Made by a program: the position numbers and the translations under genes
In this document: positions 20,391 to 28,468 of the stretch, piece by piece
Layout of the letters: every line of letters starts with the position of its first letter
Numbering within the stretch: the stretch's first letter is position 1
The notes under the pieces: model-generated
What the model was told of the DNA's origin: nothing
Seen by the model: the letters and a program-made list of their open reading frames with translations, nothing else
Database searches by the model: none
Source of the DNA: a virus
DNA length: 64,000 nucleotides
IMG/VR virus record: IMGVR_UViG_3300017956_000007
Coordinates: 20,466 to 84,465 of that record
Reading direction: 5' to 3' (one strand)

Positions 20391-20825
20391 ATGGCTTACA
20401 AAGGAAAATATAATATAAAAAATATAAAAAAATATAAAGGTGATCCCACTAATGTTACATATCGTTCATTGTGGGAAAGAAAATTTATGAAATATTGCGA
20501 TGAAAATTTGAATATTATTGAATGGTCCAGTGAAGAAATAATAATACCTTACCGATCTCCAATCGATAGAAAAATACACAGATATTATCCGGATTTTTGG
20601 GTAAAACTAAGAAGAAATGATAAAAAAATAGAATGCTTTTTAATTGAAATAAAACCAAAAAAACAAACAATTCCGCCCAAAAAACCTTCTAACATGACAC
20701 AAAAATATATTAAAGAAGCATATACATATGGAATAAATGAAGCAAAATGGAATGCAGCAAAAGAATATTGTAAGGACAGAAATTGGAAATTTGAAATTAT
20801 TACAGAAGATCATTTATTTAACTAA
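20391..20825 (+). CDS. gp4: Head completion nuclease gp4
   Basis: MAYKGKY..KKYKGDPTNVTYRSLWERKFMKYCD..WSSEEIIIPY.SP.D..HRYYPDF..IEIKPKKQT..N.AKW.AA..C. Confidence 0.96.
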   Translation: MAYKGKYNIKNIKKYKGDPTNVTYRSLWERKFMKYCDENLNIIEWSSEEIIIPYRSPIDRKIHRYYPDFWVKLRRNDKKIECFLIEIKPKKQTIPPKKPSNMTQKYIKEAYTYGINEAKWNAAKEYCKDRNWKFEIITEDHLFN

Positions 20826-20828
20826 ATA
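20822..20828 (+). promoter_or_regulatory. T4-type late promoter candidate (CTAAATA) before gp2
   Basis: actaaatatagatATG: motif ends 5 nt before the gp2 start; no Shine-Dalgarno sequence in between. Confidence 0.6.
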
Positions 20829-20833
20829 TAGAT

Positions 20834-21409
20834 ATGGCAAAAGAAACGTTTTCAGATAAATTAAAAAAATTAATAAGAACCAGTCAGGGTACTCAAAAAA
20901 CTAAAGACGCATCAAAATGGCTAAAAAGAAGAATCAGAAGCATTTCAACCGGACTAACAAATCGTTTTTCACAAATAAAAAATGCAGATGATTTTTACAG
21001 AAAAAATGATAAAAAAACTATATCATATGTAGAACCTGGTGTAATGGCTACTTATTTTTATGATCCCAAATGGAAAAATATATTACCTTATTATGATAGA
21101 TTTCCTTTAATTTTATGCGTAAAAATGTATAAAGATGGATTTTTAGGATTAAATTTTCACTATCTTCATCCAGTAATGAGAGCAAAACTAATGGATTCTA
21201 TTGATAAAATTAATGAAATCAATTGGAACAATGTTTCGAAAATAAAACAAATTAGGCCAACGGTAAAAAGATACCTATACAAACACATAACATCAAAGGT
21301 AGTTATTTTAAATGATGAGGAAAAAGAATTAGCATTGTTTTTACCACTTGAAAAATTCGAAAAACAAGACAAAAAAACTGTATGGAAAGATAGCAAAGGA
21401 ATGATATAA
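20834..21409 (+). CDS. gp2: DNA end protector gp2
   Basis: G.M.TYFYDPKWKNILPYYDRFPLI..GFLGLNFHYL..RAKL..VKRYL..HI.S..LFLPLEKF..VW.DS. Confidence 0.94.
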   Translation: MAKETFSDKLKKLIRTSQGTQKTKDASKWLKRRIRSISTGLTNRFSQIKNADDFYRKNDKKTISYVEPGVMATYFYDPKWKNILPYYDRFPLILCVKMYKDGFLGLNFHYLHPVMRAKLMDSIDKINEINWNNVSKIKQIRPTVKRYLYKHITSKVVILNDEEKELALFLPLEKFEKQDKKTVWKDSKGMI

Positions 21410-22005
21410 TGCCCATATCTATCAGCGAATTTAGAACAAAGATAAATCTAAATAAAAGTGTTACTCCTGTAAACAGGTTTGAAGTAAGATTTAAAAATAG
21501 TTTAAATCAAACGTATAATCCAGAAAACCTAAGTTTTTTTTGTGAAATTGCAGAATTGCCGGGTAGGAATTTATTAACTACAGAAGAAAGAATGTACGGA
21601 CCAATAAGAAAAATTGCTTATGGCAGCTCTTATGTAGAAACCAATATGACTTTCTTATGCACAAACAATGGAATGTTGGAAAAAAGATATTTTGATGAAT
21701 GGATGGACAATATCATACATCCAACATCATTTGACACTAATTACTATGAAAATTATACAAAAGAAATAGATTTAAGCATTTTTACAGAAACAAATGAATT
21801 AGTATATTTCTGTACATTCTATGAAGCATATCCAACTCTAGTCAGTGGAATTTCATTAAACGCTGCAGCAAAAGATGATTATGCTAAAATAAATGTAACT
21901 TTTTCATATAGATATTGGTTGAGAAATAGTGATCAAAATACAAATCTTGATACTATTTTAGATACCAATTTTGAAATGAGGCGTCAATATGGAATTGGGC
22001 CATAG
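21409..22005 (+). CDS. gp54: Tail-tube-like baseplate initiator (gp54 / gp19 fold)
   Basis: NRFEV..LSFFCE.AELPGRN..YGP.RKIAYG..TF.C..KRYFDEWM..EAYP..V..I.L..V.FSYRYW. Confidence 0.8.
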   Translation: MPISISEFRTKINLNKSVTPVNRFEVRFKNSLNQTYNPENLSFFCEIAELPGRNLLTTEERMYGPIRKIAYGSSYVETNMTFLCTNNGMLEKRYFDEWMDNIIHPTSFDTNYYENYTKEIDLSIFTETNELVYFCTFYEAYPTLVSGISLNAAAKDDYAKINVTFSYRYWLRNSDQNTNLDTILDTNFEMRRQYGIGP

Positions 22006-22099
22006 GCTAATAGTATTGACTTATATTATAATCACATAACAAAAATCAATTGTTAAAAATTGATTTAAATTGAAAATTTTTAATGACACAGGCAAAATT

Positions 22100-22834
22100 A
22101 TGTTACCGAAATTAGACATACCTACTTATGAAATAAGTCTAGTATCAAATGATCAAAAAATAAAATTTAGACCTTTTTTGGTGAAAGAGGAAAAAATATT
22201 ATTAATGGCACTGGAATCTGGACAAGAAAATGATATATTAAGGGCTATAAAACAAATACTACAAAATTGTATCATAACAGAAATAAATATAGATGATCTT
22301 CCATTATTCGATCTTCAATATATTTTCTTACAACTTAGAGCAAGATCTGTAGGAGAAACTATTGAAGTTAGATTGAGACACAGGGATGGTATAAACAAAA
22401 ATGGTGTTGAATGTGACGGAACTCAACTAATTAAAATAAACATTGATGAAATAAGACCATCAAAAAATAAAAAATTAGAACCGAAGATTGAACTATCCAA
22501 AGATATCGGAATAGTTTTAAAATATCCTACTGTAGATATTCTTGATAAGATTTCAACAACATCAAATACGCAAGGAATATTAGACAACACTTTTGAGATA
22601 GTTGCAGAATCTGTCGATTACATATATGAAAAAGATGAAATATATCATAGAAAAGACCATAAAAAAGAAGAATTTGTAGAATTTTTAAATAATTTAAATT
22701 CAGAACAATTTGAAAAAATAAAAGAGTTTTTTTCAAATATGCCAACTATGTCTTTGACCAAAAACTATAGATGTAAAAAATGCGGAATTGATGAAGAATT
22801 AGAATTGAAAACATTAGAAGATTTTTTTTCGTGA
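22100..22834 (+). CDS. gp26: Baseplate hub assembly protein gp26
   Basis: MLPKLDIPTYEISL.S..KIKFRPFLVKEEKILLMALES..LPLFDLQYIFLQLRARSVGE..KIKEFF..MP..C..C..LEDFF. ATG at 22100 preferred over the track's TTG at 22070. Confidence 0.93.
   Translation: MLPKLDIPTYEISLVSNDQKIKFRPFLVKEEKILLMALESGQENDILRAIKQILQNCIITEINIDDLPLFDLQYIFLQLRARSVGETIEVRLRHRDGINKNGVECDGTQLIKINIDEIRPSKNKKLEPKIELSKDIGIVLKYPTVDILDKISTTSNTQGILDNTFEIVAESVDYIYEKDEIYHRKDHKKEEFVEFLNNLNSEQFEKIKEFFSNMPTMSLTKNYRCKKCGIDEELELKTLEDFFS
22822..22829 (+). promoter_or_regulatory. Candidate -1 ribosomal frameshift slippery site (T TTT TTT)
   Basis: gp26 ends GAT TTT TTT TCG TGA; the -1 frame reads TTT TTT TTC GTG AGC CTG... straight into gp51. 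Confidence 0.6.
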
Positions 22835-23022
22835 GCCTGTGTCATAGTTCATTAGAAAATTATTATATTTTAAATTTTAATTTAATGCAACATCACAAAT
22901 ATAGTTTATCAGATCTGGATAACATGATGCCTTATGAACGTGACATTTATGTTACTTTATTGTCGAATTTTATTAAAGAAGAAAATGAAAGATTAAAACA
23001 ACAACAATTAGCGAGAAAATAA
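22831..23022 (+). CDS. gp51: Baseplate hub assembly chaperone gp51-like protein
   Basis: H.SLENYY.LNF.LMQHHKYSLSDLDNMMPYERDIYV.LL..IKEENER; GTG start overlapping the gp26 stop. Confidence 0.9.
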   Translation: MSLCHSSLENYYILNFNLMQHHKYSLSDLDNMMPYERDIYVTLLSNFIKEENERLKQQQLARK

Positions 23023-25877
23023 TGCCCCAAGAAAAAAATTTTTCTAATTTAATTAATTATGCTAGAGAAAATTTTAAAAATAAAAATGAAAAAAGTAATG
23101 ATATTGAAAAAAATTTAAAAAATATAACTCCAAGTATAAAAGGTATTCTAAAAAATACAAATTCGATTAGTGGAAATTTAGACATACAATTAAATTCTCA
23201 GCGAGAAAATTATAATCAATTATTAGATAATCAGATTAAAAATAATAGTTTTCTAATAGGAAGTTTGATTGATTTAAAAAATTATATCTCTTCTTTATCT
23301 TACAATACAAAAAATAACGAAAAAGATAACCCTAGATCTTTTGTGGAAAATAAAAATTCTAGTTATTTGAATAATTCATTTATAAAAAATAATAATCTAC
23401 AAAAAAACATTCAATATAAAACATTCGATAACGATCAGAATAATCAAAATATCGATAACTTCATAAAAAATGGTTCTCCACTAACAAAAATATATACAAA
23501 ATTAGCCACTAAGCCATATGACTGGGTTTCAAAAGATCCTGGACCATATAGACAAGGTTTTGAATTAAAATCCAAAGAATTATACGGTAAAAATGCCATA
23601 GAAGAATTGATAAAAGAAATTTCAAACGGAATACAAAAAAAATTTAAAACAATAGACATCAATAAATTTTTATCAGATGCGGTACAATATAAAAACATTT
23701 CAAATAATACAAATAATTCTAATATTATTTACGATAATACAAATACTGAAAATAATTTTAATAATGAGAAAAAATTATTTTCAGATAATGAAGTATTTGG
23801 TAATATTTTAAAATTTACAGAAAACATATACAAATCATCTCAAAAAATATTAAATGTAAATAGAAAAAATAATGATCAATTAAAAACATTTAATGATTCT
23901 GTATTATCTTTAATAGGTAAAGATCAACAAGTTGAAAATGAAGAAAATATTGAAAAAGTTATTGAAAAATTAGAAGGAATTAATAATTCTACTGAAAATT
24001 TAAAAAAATCCAATGAAAAAGAAAATAATGAAACACAAAATAATCAAGAAGAAACACAAAATAATCAAAAAGAAGGAAATAATTTTTTAAGAAAATTGTT
24101 GTTAATATTTGATAGAAAAAAATATCAAGATCTTGAAGATAGACTTGAAGGAATGAAGGAAAGATTTAGTTCAATAGGAGGCACAAAAATACCAAATTTG
24201 CCAAATAAAGGACTAGGAGGATTTTTATCAAGTATATTGTCATCAATATTTTTAGGACCGAAAGGTGCGGCATTATTATCTAGTATGATACCTGCAACAT
24301 TAGGAGTTGCAGGCAAAACACTTTTTGGGGGAATAGCAGCAATACTATTAGGTCCTAAATTATTTGAATCTATAAAGGCAGGTTTAGAAAAGGGGGGTGA
24401 TGAAGGTTTTACAGCAGGTGTAGGAGAACTACTTGATACTTTTTTTAAAGAAGAAGATATTAAATCAAATTTAGGAGCAGGAGCTGCTCTTGGATTTTTA
24501 GCATTTAAAGGACCCAGAGGCATTATACCAGGAATGATTTTGGGTGGTACAATGAATTTCTTAAAAAAAATGTGGGGCGATAAAGTTTTTGAGCCTGAAG
24601 GAGGTGTGACAAAAGGTAAATTCCATAAAATTTTAACAGATAGCGCCATTGGTGGACTACTCGGAGCAGCAGTTTTAGGAATACCAGGAATTTTACTTGG
24701 AGGTTCGTTTAATGCTTTATACGGAGTATTAACCGATAAAGACACGCACATAAATCCAACTTCTATAACAACAGGTATAATGGGTCTTATAGCAGGACTT
24801 TCGGGTGGAGCATTATTAGGAGCAAAATTGGGTCTGGTTGGCGGACCAATAGGTGCATTAGCAGGTGCAATGTTAGGAGCAGCATTAGGTGTTGCCTTTG
24901 GTTCGTGGATTACAGATACAGAAGCAAAAAAAGCAGTTCAAGATATTGCAAAAGATTCTAATGAACATTTACAATTGATGAACAAAAAATTATCACCTGA
25001 AGGTCTTACTGAACAAGAATCTGTCAGAATGAATGAATTAAATGAAAATTATCAATTAAAAATGAGTAAAGTTGCAAGTAGTCCCCAAGAAGCATCAACA
25101 AAATTGTTTGCTGCACATGCTGTTGATCCTAGTCAAATTAATGATACTATGGAATTAATTGATAGAATGAATTTAAAAAATGAATTATCTACTATTAATA
25201 GAATTTTAAATACAAATATGTCTAAAATAGGAGATTTATTTACTTTTGATGTGGATGAACAATCATTAAAATTAAAAAATAATGCTAGTTTTGATGTTAA
25301 AAAAATTCCAGGAGATCCCAGACCAGATGCTCCTAAACATAACATAAAATTTGATGCAAATGAAAACCTTGAGAATATTTTATTAAAAGCTGGAGGAAAT
25401 ACTGCATCACAGATTTCTCAAAGATTGATAAATCAATTAAACAGTATTGCCAGATCATCACCTGAATTTGATAGAATGAGTCGAGAGAGAATGCAAGATA
25501 AATCAAGAAGATTTGGTCCACAAGATCGTAAAAATCTTCAAGGAAAATATATTAATGATATTTTATTAGAAATTCCGATGAAAAAAACTGGAGGAGTTTT
25601 TAATAACCCTGAATTGATTATGGTAGGAGAATCATCACCGAACAATCCTGAAATTTTATTCAATAGACAACAATTAGAAGCGTTGGGACAAATTTTTAGT
25701 ATGCAAAAAGAAAACAAAAATATGAGTCAATCATTAAATGTTGCTCCAATTGTAATACCGCCTAACACTTCTAATTATTTTGATAACAAAAATATTTCGG
25801 TTCAAGAATATAACATTACTGAAATACCGCCTGAACCGAATTCATCTGTATCTTTTAAAGATAGTCTATCGTATTAA
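23022..25877 (+). CDS. Putative tape-measure / gp29-like protein
   Basis: 951 aa; Asn/Lys-rich helical N-terminus, central Gly/Ala/Leu-rich hydrophobic stretches (GALLGAKLGLVGGPIGALAGAMLGAALG), C-terminal GG.F..P.LIMVGE...PE motif common in tape measure proteins; follows gp26-gp51. Confidence 0.7.
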   Translation: MPQEKNFSNLINYARENFKNKNEKSNDIEKNLKNITPSIKGILKNTNSISGNLDIQLNSQRENYNQLLDNQIKNNSFLIGSLIDLKNYISSLSYNTKNNEKDNPRSFVENKNSSYLNNSFIKNNNLQKNIQYKTFDNDQNNQNIDNFIKNGSPLTKIYTKLATKPYDWVSKDPGPYRQGFELKSKELYGKNAIEELIKEISNGIQKKFKTIDINKFLSDAVQYKNISNNTNNSNIIYDNTNTENNFNNEKKLFSDNEVFGNILKFTENIYKSSQKILNVNRKNNDQLKTFNDSVLSLIGKDQQVENEENIEKVIEKLEGINNSTENLKKSNEKENNETQNNQEETQNNQKEGNNFLRKLLLIFDRKKYQDLEDRLEGMKERFSSIGGTKIPNLPNKGLGGFLSSILSSIFLGPKGAALLSSMIPATLGVAGKTLFGGIAAILLGPKLFESIKAGLEKGGDEGFTAGVGELLDTFFKEEDIKSNLGAGAALGFLAFKGPRGIIPGMILGGTMNFLKKMWGDKVFEPEGGVTKGKFHKILTDSAIGGLLGAAVLGIPGILLGGSFNALYGVLTDKDTHINPTSITTGIMGLIAGLSGGALLGAKLGLVGGPIGALAGAMLGAALGVAFGSWITDTEAKKAVQDIAKDSNEHLQLMNKKLSPEGLTEQESVRMNELNENYQLKMSKVASSPQEASTKLFAAHAVDPSQINDTMELIDRMNLKNELSTINRILNTNMSKIGDLFTFDVDEQSLKLKNNASFDVKKIPGDPRPDAPKHNIKFDANENLENILLKAGGNTASQISQRLINQLNSIARSSPEFDRMSRERMQDKSRRFGPQDRKNLQGKYINDILLEIPMKKTGGVFNNPELIMVGESSPNNPEILFNRQQLEALGQIFSMQKENKNMSQSLNVAPIVIPPNTSNYFDNKNISVQEYNITEIPPEPNSSVSFKDSLSY
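24030..24074. repeat. In-frame 21-bp tandem repeat (ETQNNQE/K x2)
   Basis: gaaacacaaaataatcaagaa followed by gaaacacaaaataatcaaaaa, one mismatch. Confidence 0.9.
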
Positions 25878-26785
25878 CCTTCTTCTGCCAGTTTTGCAAA
25901 ATATGACATATCTTCATCATCGTCATCAACATTCATACTTGCATATGCTGGCATAGGCTTACGATCCTGCTGCATTTCTTCCTCAGCTGTAGGACGTTTT
26001 TGAACAGATTGAACCACAGGTTCCTCAATTCTTGGTTTATCTAGGGCAAGAACCATATCTAATCTTTCTTTTAGTTCATCATAGGTTTTGAAGTTATCGT
26101 CCGCAGTAAACTCAGACAGAGAATACTGAGAATTCCAAACAGCTTCAAGTTCTTCATCAGTTTCAAGTAATTGACCTGGTGAATCAAATTCAGATTTATC
26201 ATAATTTTGATAACCTTCTACTTTACGAATTTTCAATTTAAAATTCGCACCCTCCCATAAATCAAAAGGATTTACAGGTGTTTCGTCTTCAAATTCAGGA
26301 TTCATAAGATCATTGATCTTATCGAAAATCTTTTTACCAAATTTGTAAAGAAAAACTTTTCCTTCATTTTGAGGATTTTTTGGGTCAGAAATAACATAAA
26401 TGTTACTAATATATGTCAAACGGCGCTTTTGCTTTCTCGCCACTTCTTTATTTGCTTCAATACCAGAATTCCATAATTGAGTATTATATTCTGATACTGG
26501 ATCTTTTTTTCCAAGGGTGGTCAAAGAATTTTCGATATACCATAGTCCTGTTGGACCTTGAAAACCATGATTAAAAACTCTAGCCCAAGGAATATCTTCT
26601 CCTTGCACTGGAGGTAAAAATCTAATAACGGCATAACCATTACCAGATTTATCTACTTCTGGTTTCCAGAACCTATCATCAATATAACTCTTTGATTCAG
26701 AAGGAGTGTCAATTTTTTCAATTTCTTTATTGAGTTGCTTTAAAAAAGAATTGCGGTTTTTCTTGAGTTCGGATAGTGAAGTCAT
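25874..26785 (-). CDS. gp32: Single-stranded DNA-binding protein gp32
   Basis: DDRFWKPEVDKSGNGYAVIRFLP..HGFQGPTG.WYIENSLTTLG..DPV..KQKRRL.Y.SNI..GKVFLYKFGKKIFDKI..NYDKSEF; acidic tail ending YFAKLAEE. Confidence 0.98.
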   Translation of the reverse strand: MTSLSELKKNRNSFLKQLNKEIEKIDTPSESKSYIDDRFWKPEVDKSGNGYAVIRFLPPVQGEDIPWARVFNHGFQGPTGLWYIENSLTTLGKKDPVSEYNTQLWNSGIEANKEVARKQKRRLTYISNIYVISDPKNPQNEGKVFLYKFGKKIFDKINDLMNPEFEDETPVNPFDLWEGANFKLKIRKVEGYQNYDKSEFDSPGQLLETDEELEAVWNSQYSLSEFTADDNFKTYDELKERLDMVLALDKPRIEEPVVQSVQKRPTAEEEMQQDRKPMPAYASMNVDDDDEDMSYFAKLAEEG

Positions 26786-26810
26786 ATCGTTCCTTTCGTA
26801 TTTCGAAATA

Positions 26811-27422
26811 TTACGTTGTATATTGCTGTATCTTGTTTCGTAAAATTTTACGAAACTTGGTCTTATCCACCTCCAAAAATGGAGTATACTTCAAAACTTT
26901 ATTTCTAAATTGAGGCCATACAAATTTTTCAGAAATTTTTCTGTCCCAATCAGGTATAAAATTAAGAATTAAATTTAGTATGGAGAATGTTTCCATACTA
27001 ATATATTTAGCAATGGCCAATCTCAATAAAAGTGGATGATGACCTTTATCGATTTTGAACCATTGATCAAAATCTCCTTCATTTAATAGTTTATCTATTT
27101 CATTACTAAACATGTAACCCATGCTTTGAACACGTTTATTCCAATTAGTATAACATATTTCTGCTTGAGTGTCAAGCGCTTCTCCAATCCACATATTTTC
27201 ATCATCGATGAAATTTGCCACAAAAAATTTAACGATTTCTTCATCTTTGAAATTTTTTGCTAATTTTACAAAAAAGAAATGATCATTACGCTTTTTAAAT
27301 GTTTCGTATGAGACCTTTCTTTTTCCTTTTCCATACTTAAAATAATCAAATTTTTCAGTAAGAAAATGATTTTTGATTGCTACATATTCCTTATAACAAT
27401 CGAACGGTTCCATTTTAATCAT
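26811..27422 (-). CDS. gp59: Helicase loader gp59
   Basis: FDCYKEYVAIKNHF..FDYFKYG..F.KR.D.FFF.KL..FFVANF..WIG..HP.LL..ISMET..YTPFL; upstream of gp32. Confidence 0.93.
   Translation of the reverse strand: MIKMEPFDCYKEYVAIKNHFLTEKFDYFKYGKGKRKVSYETFKKRNDHFFFVKLAKNFKDEEIVKFFVANFIDDENMWIGEALDTQAEICYTNWNKRVQSMGYMFSNEIDKLLNEGDFDQWFKIDKGHHPLLLRLAIAKYISMETFSILNLILNFIPDWDRKISEKFVWPQFRNKVLKYTPFLEVDKTKFRKILRNKIQQYTT
26835..26856. repeat. Perfect 22-bp palindrome about 50 nt upstream of the gp32 start
   Basis: gtttcgtaaaa|ttttacgaaac; a second 12-bp palindrome tatttcgaaata at 26799-26810. Confidence 0.85.
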
Positions 27423-27643
27423 AATCCAGGTATTGTAGCAGTTTTTGGTAAAAAGTGCAAATCAATTGCCTCTTCTCTAACTTTCTGTTTTAAAGCTCCT
27501 TGAATTATTTTTCCTGCCGTTTCAGGTTCAATTTTATTTTCTTCACAATAATATGAAATAGCCTCAATATAAGTCATTTTTGTCTGTATGACTAATTGTT
27601 CAATTATTACTGAAAATTCTTGAGGTTTAAGAGTTTTAATCAT
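27419..27643 (-). CDS. gp33: Late transcription coactivator gp33
   Basis: FS..IE.LV....TYIEAI..YCEEN.IE.E...K.I...LK.KV..EA..L.FLP. Confidence 0.92.
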   Translation of the reverse strand: MIKTLKPQEFSVIIEQLVIQTKMTYIEAISYYCEENKIEPETAGKIIQGALKQKVREEAIDLHFLPKTATIPGL

Positions 27644-27827
27644 AAATTTTAAAAAATTCTTTCAAAATAGGTTTTAACAAATCCCTGTCTTTTAGTATTT
27701 TACCGACATTATGACCACAATTTTGAATAGTCATTTTTTTAATATTATCACAATCCTCTATTAATGTCAATTGTTTTTGCTCATTAGAAGAGTCTCCATT
27801 AATAATTAAATATTCTGTTTTAATCAA
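27636..27827 (-). CDS. Hypothetical protein
   Basis: 63 aa ORF with overlapping start/stop junctions to both ClpP and gp33. Confidence 0.6.
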   Translation of the reverse strand: MIKTEYLIINGDSSNEQKQLTLIEDCDNIKKMTIQNCGHNVGKILKDRDLLKPILKEFFKIYD

Positions 27828-28468
27828 GATAATTCCTTGACCTCATCACAAATTCCATATTTCAATGCCTCATTTGAAGATAACCAAACATCGTGCGGAG
27901 GCAATAAAAATTTACGTATTTCATCATCATCAATGCCTGTACACTTTCTATAATGATTTAACATTCTTTCGGTTGTTAAATCATATTCTTTTTGTACAGC
28001 AAAAAGTTCATGCTCTTTACCAAAAGAACCCCAAGAATATTGATGAGATAAAATACTTGTATTCGGTGTTAATAGTCGTCTTCCTTTTTTCCCAGCCATA
28101 AAAATTGAAAGTGCGGCACTTCCTATAATACCAAGACCGACTGTATGAATAGGAATAGAAGACCCTCTCATAACGTCAATCAAAGCAAAACCAGCCGTCA
28201 TATCTCCTCCATGAGAATTTATGCACAATGTCAAAAATTCTGGTCTTGACGTTTTTTTCATATTATTGAGTAATACCCATTCAATCGCATGTAAAACCGA
28301 ACCATTATAGATATCATCAAATAAAAAATAATATCCTCTATTTTCCAAAGATGCGCCATCATCCTCAACATTTTCTGATGGTGCATTTGCTATAAATTTC
28401 TCAGCAACTAACGTTGCAAATTCTGGATTTACTAATGATTGTGCTATCTTATCTTCATTTATTTTCAT
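27824..28468 (-). CDS. clpP: ClpP-family serine peptidase
   Basis: LCINSHGGD..GFALIDVM..IHTVGLG.IGSAA..IFMAG.KG.R...PN..ILSHQ..D.WLS..EALKYG..DEV; Ser, His and Asp positions all present. Confidence 0.9.
   Translation of the reverse strand: MKINEDKIAQSLVNPEFATLVAEKFIANAPSENVEDDGASLENRGYYFLFDDIYNGSVLHAIEWVLLNNMKKTSRPEFLTLCINSHGGDMTAGFALIDVMRGSSIPIHTVGLGIIGSAALSIFMAGKKGRRLLTPNTSILSHQYSWGSFGKEHELFAVQKEYDLTTERMLNHYRKCTGIDDDEIRKFLLPPHDVWLSSNEALKYGICDEVKELS

Noticed and set aside
20391-20825. TnsA-like endonuclease as a sign of a transposon or homing endonuclease
   Set aside because: It is the canonical gp4 head-completion gene in its usual gp48-gp4-gp2 context, and no flanking terminal repeats were seen.
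22016-22032. TTGACT...TATAAT upstream of gp26 as a sigma70 promoter
   Set aside because: The two boxes are only 5 nt apart rather than about 17.
24125-24751. 208-aa Pro-rich antisense ORF
   Set aside because: Mirror of Gly-rich GGN codons in the tape-measure-like gene.
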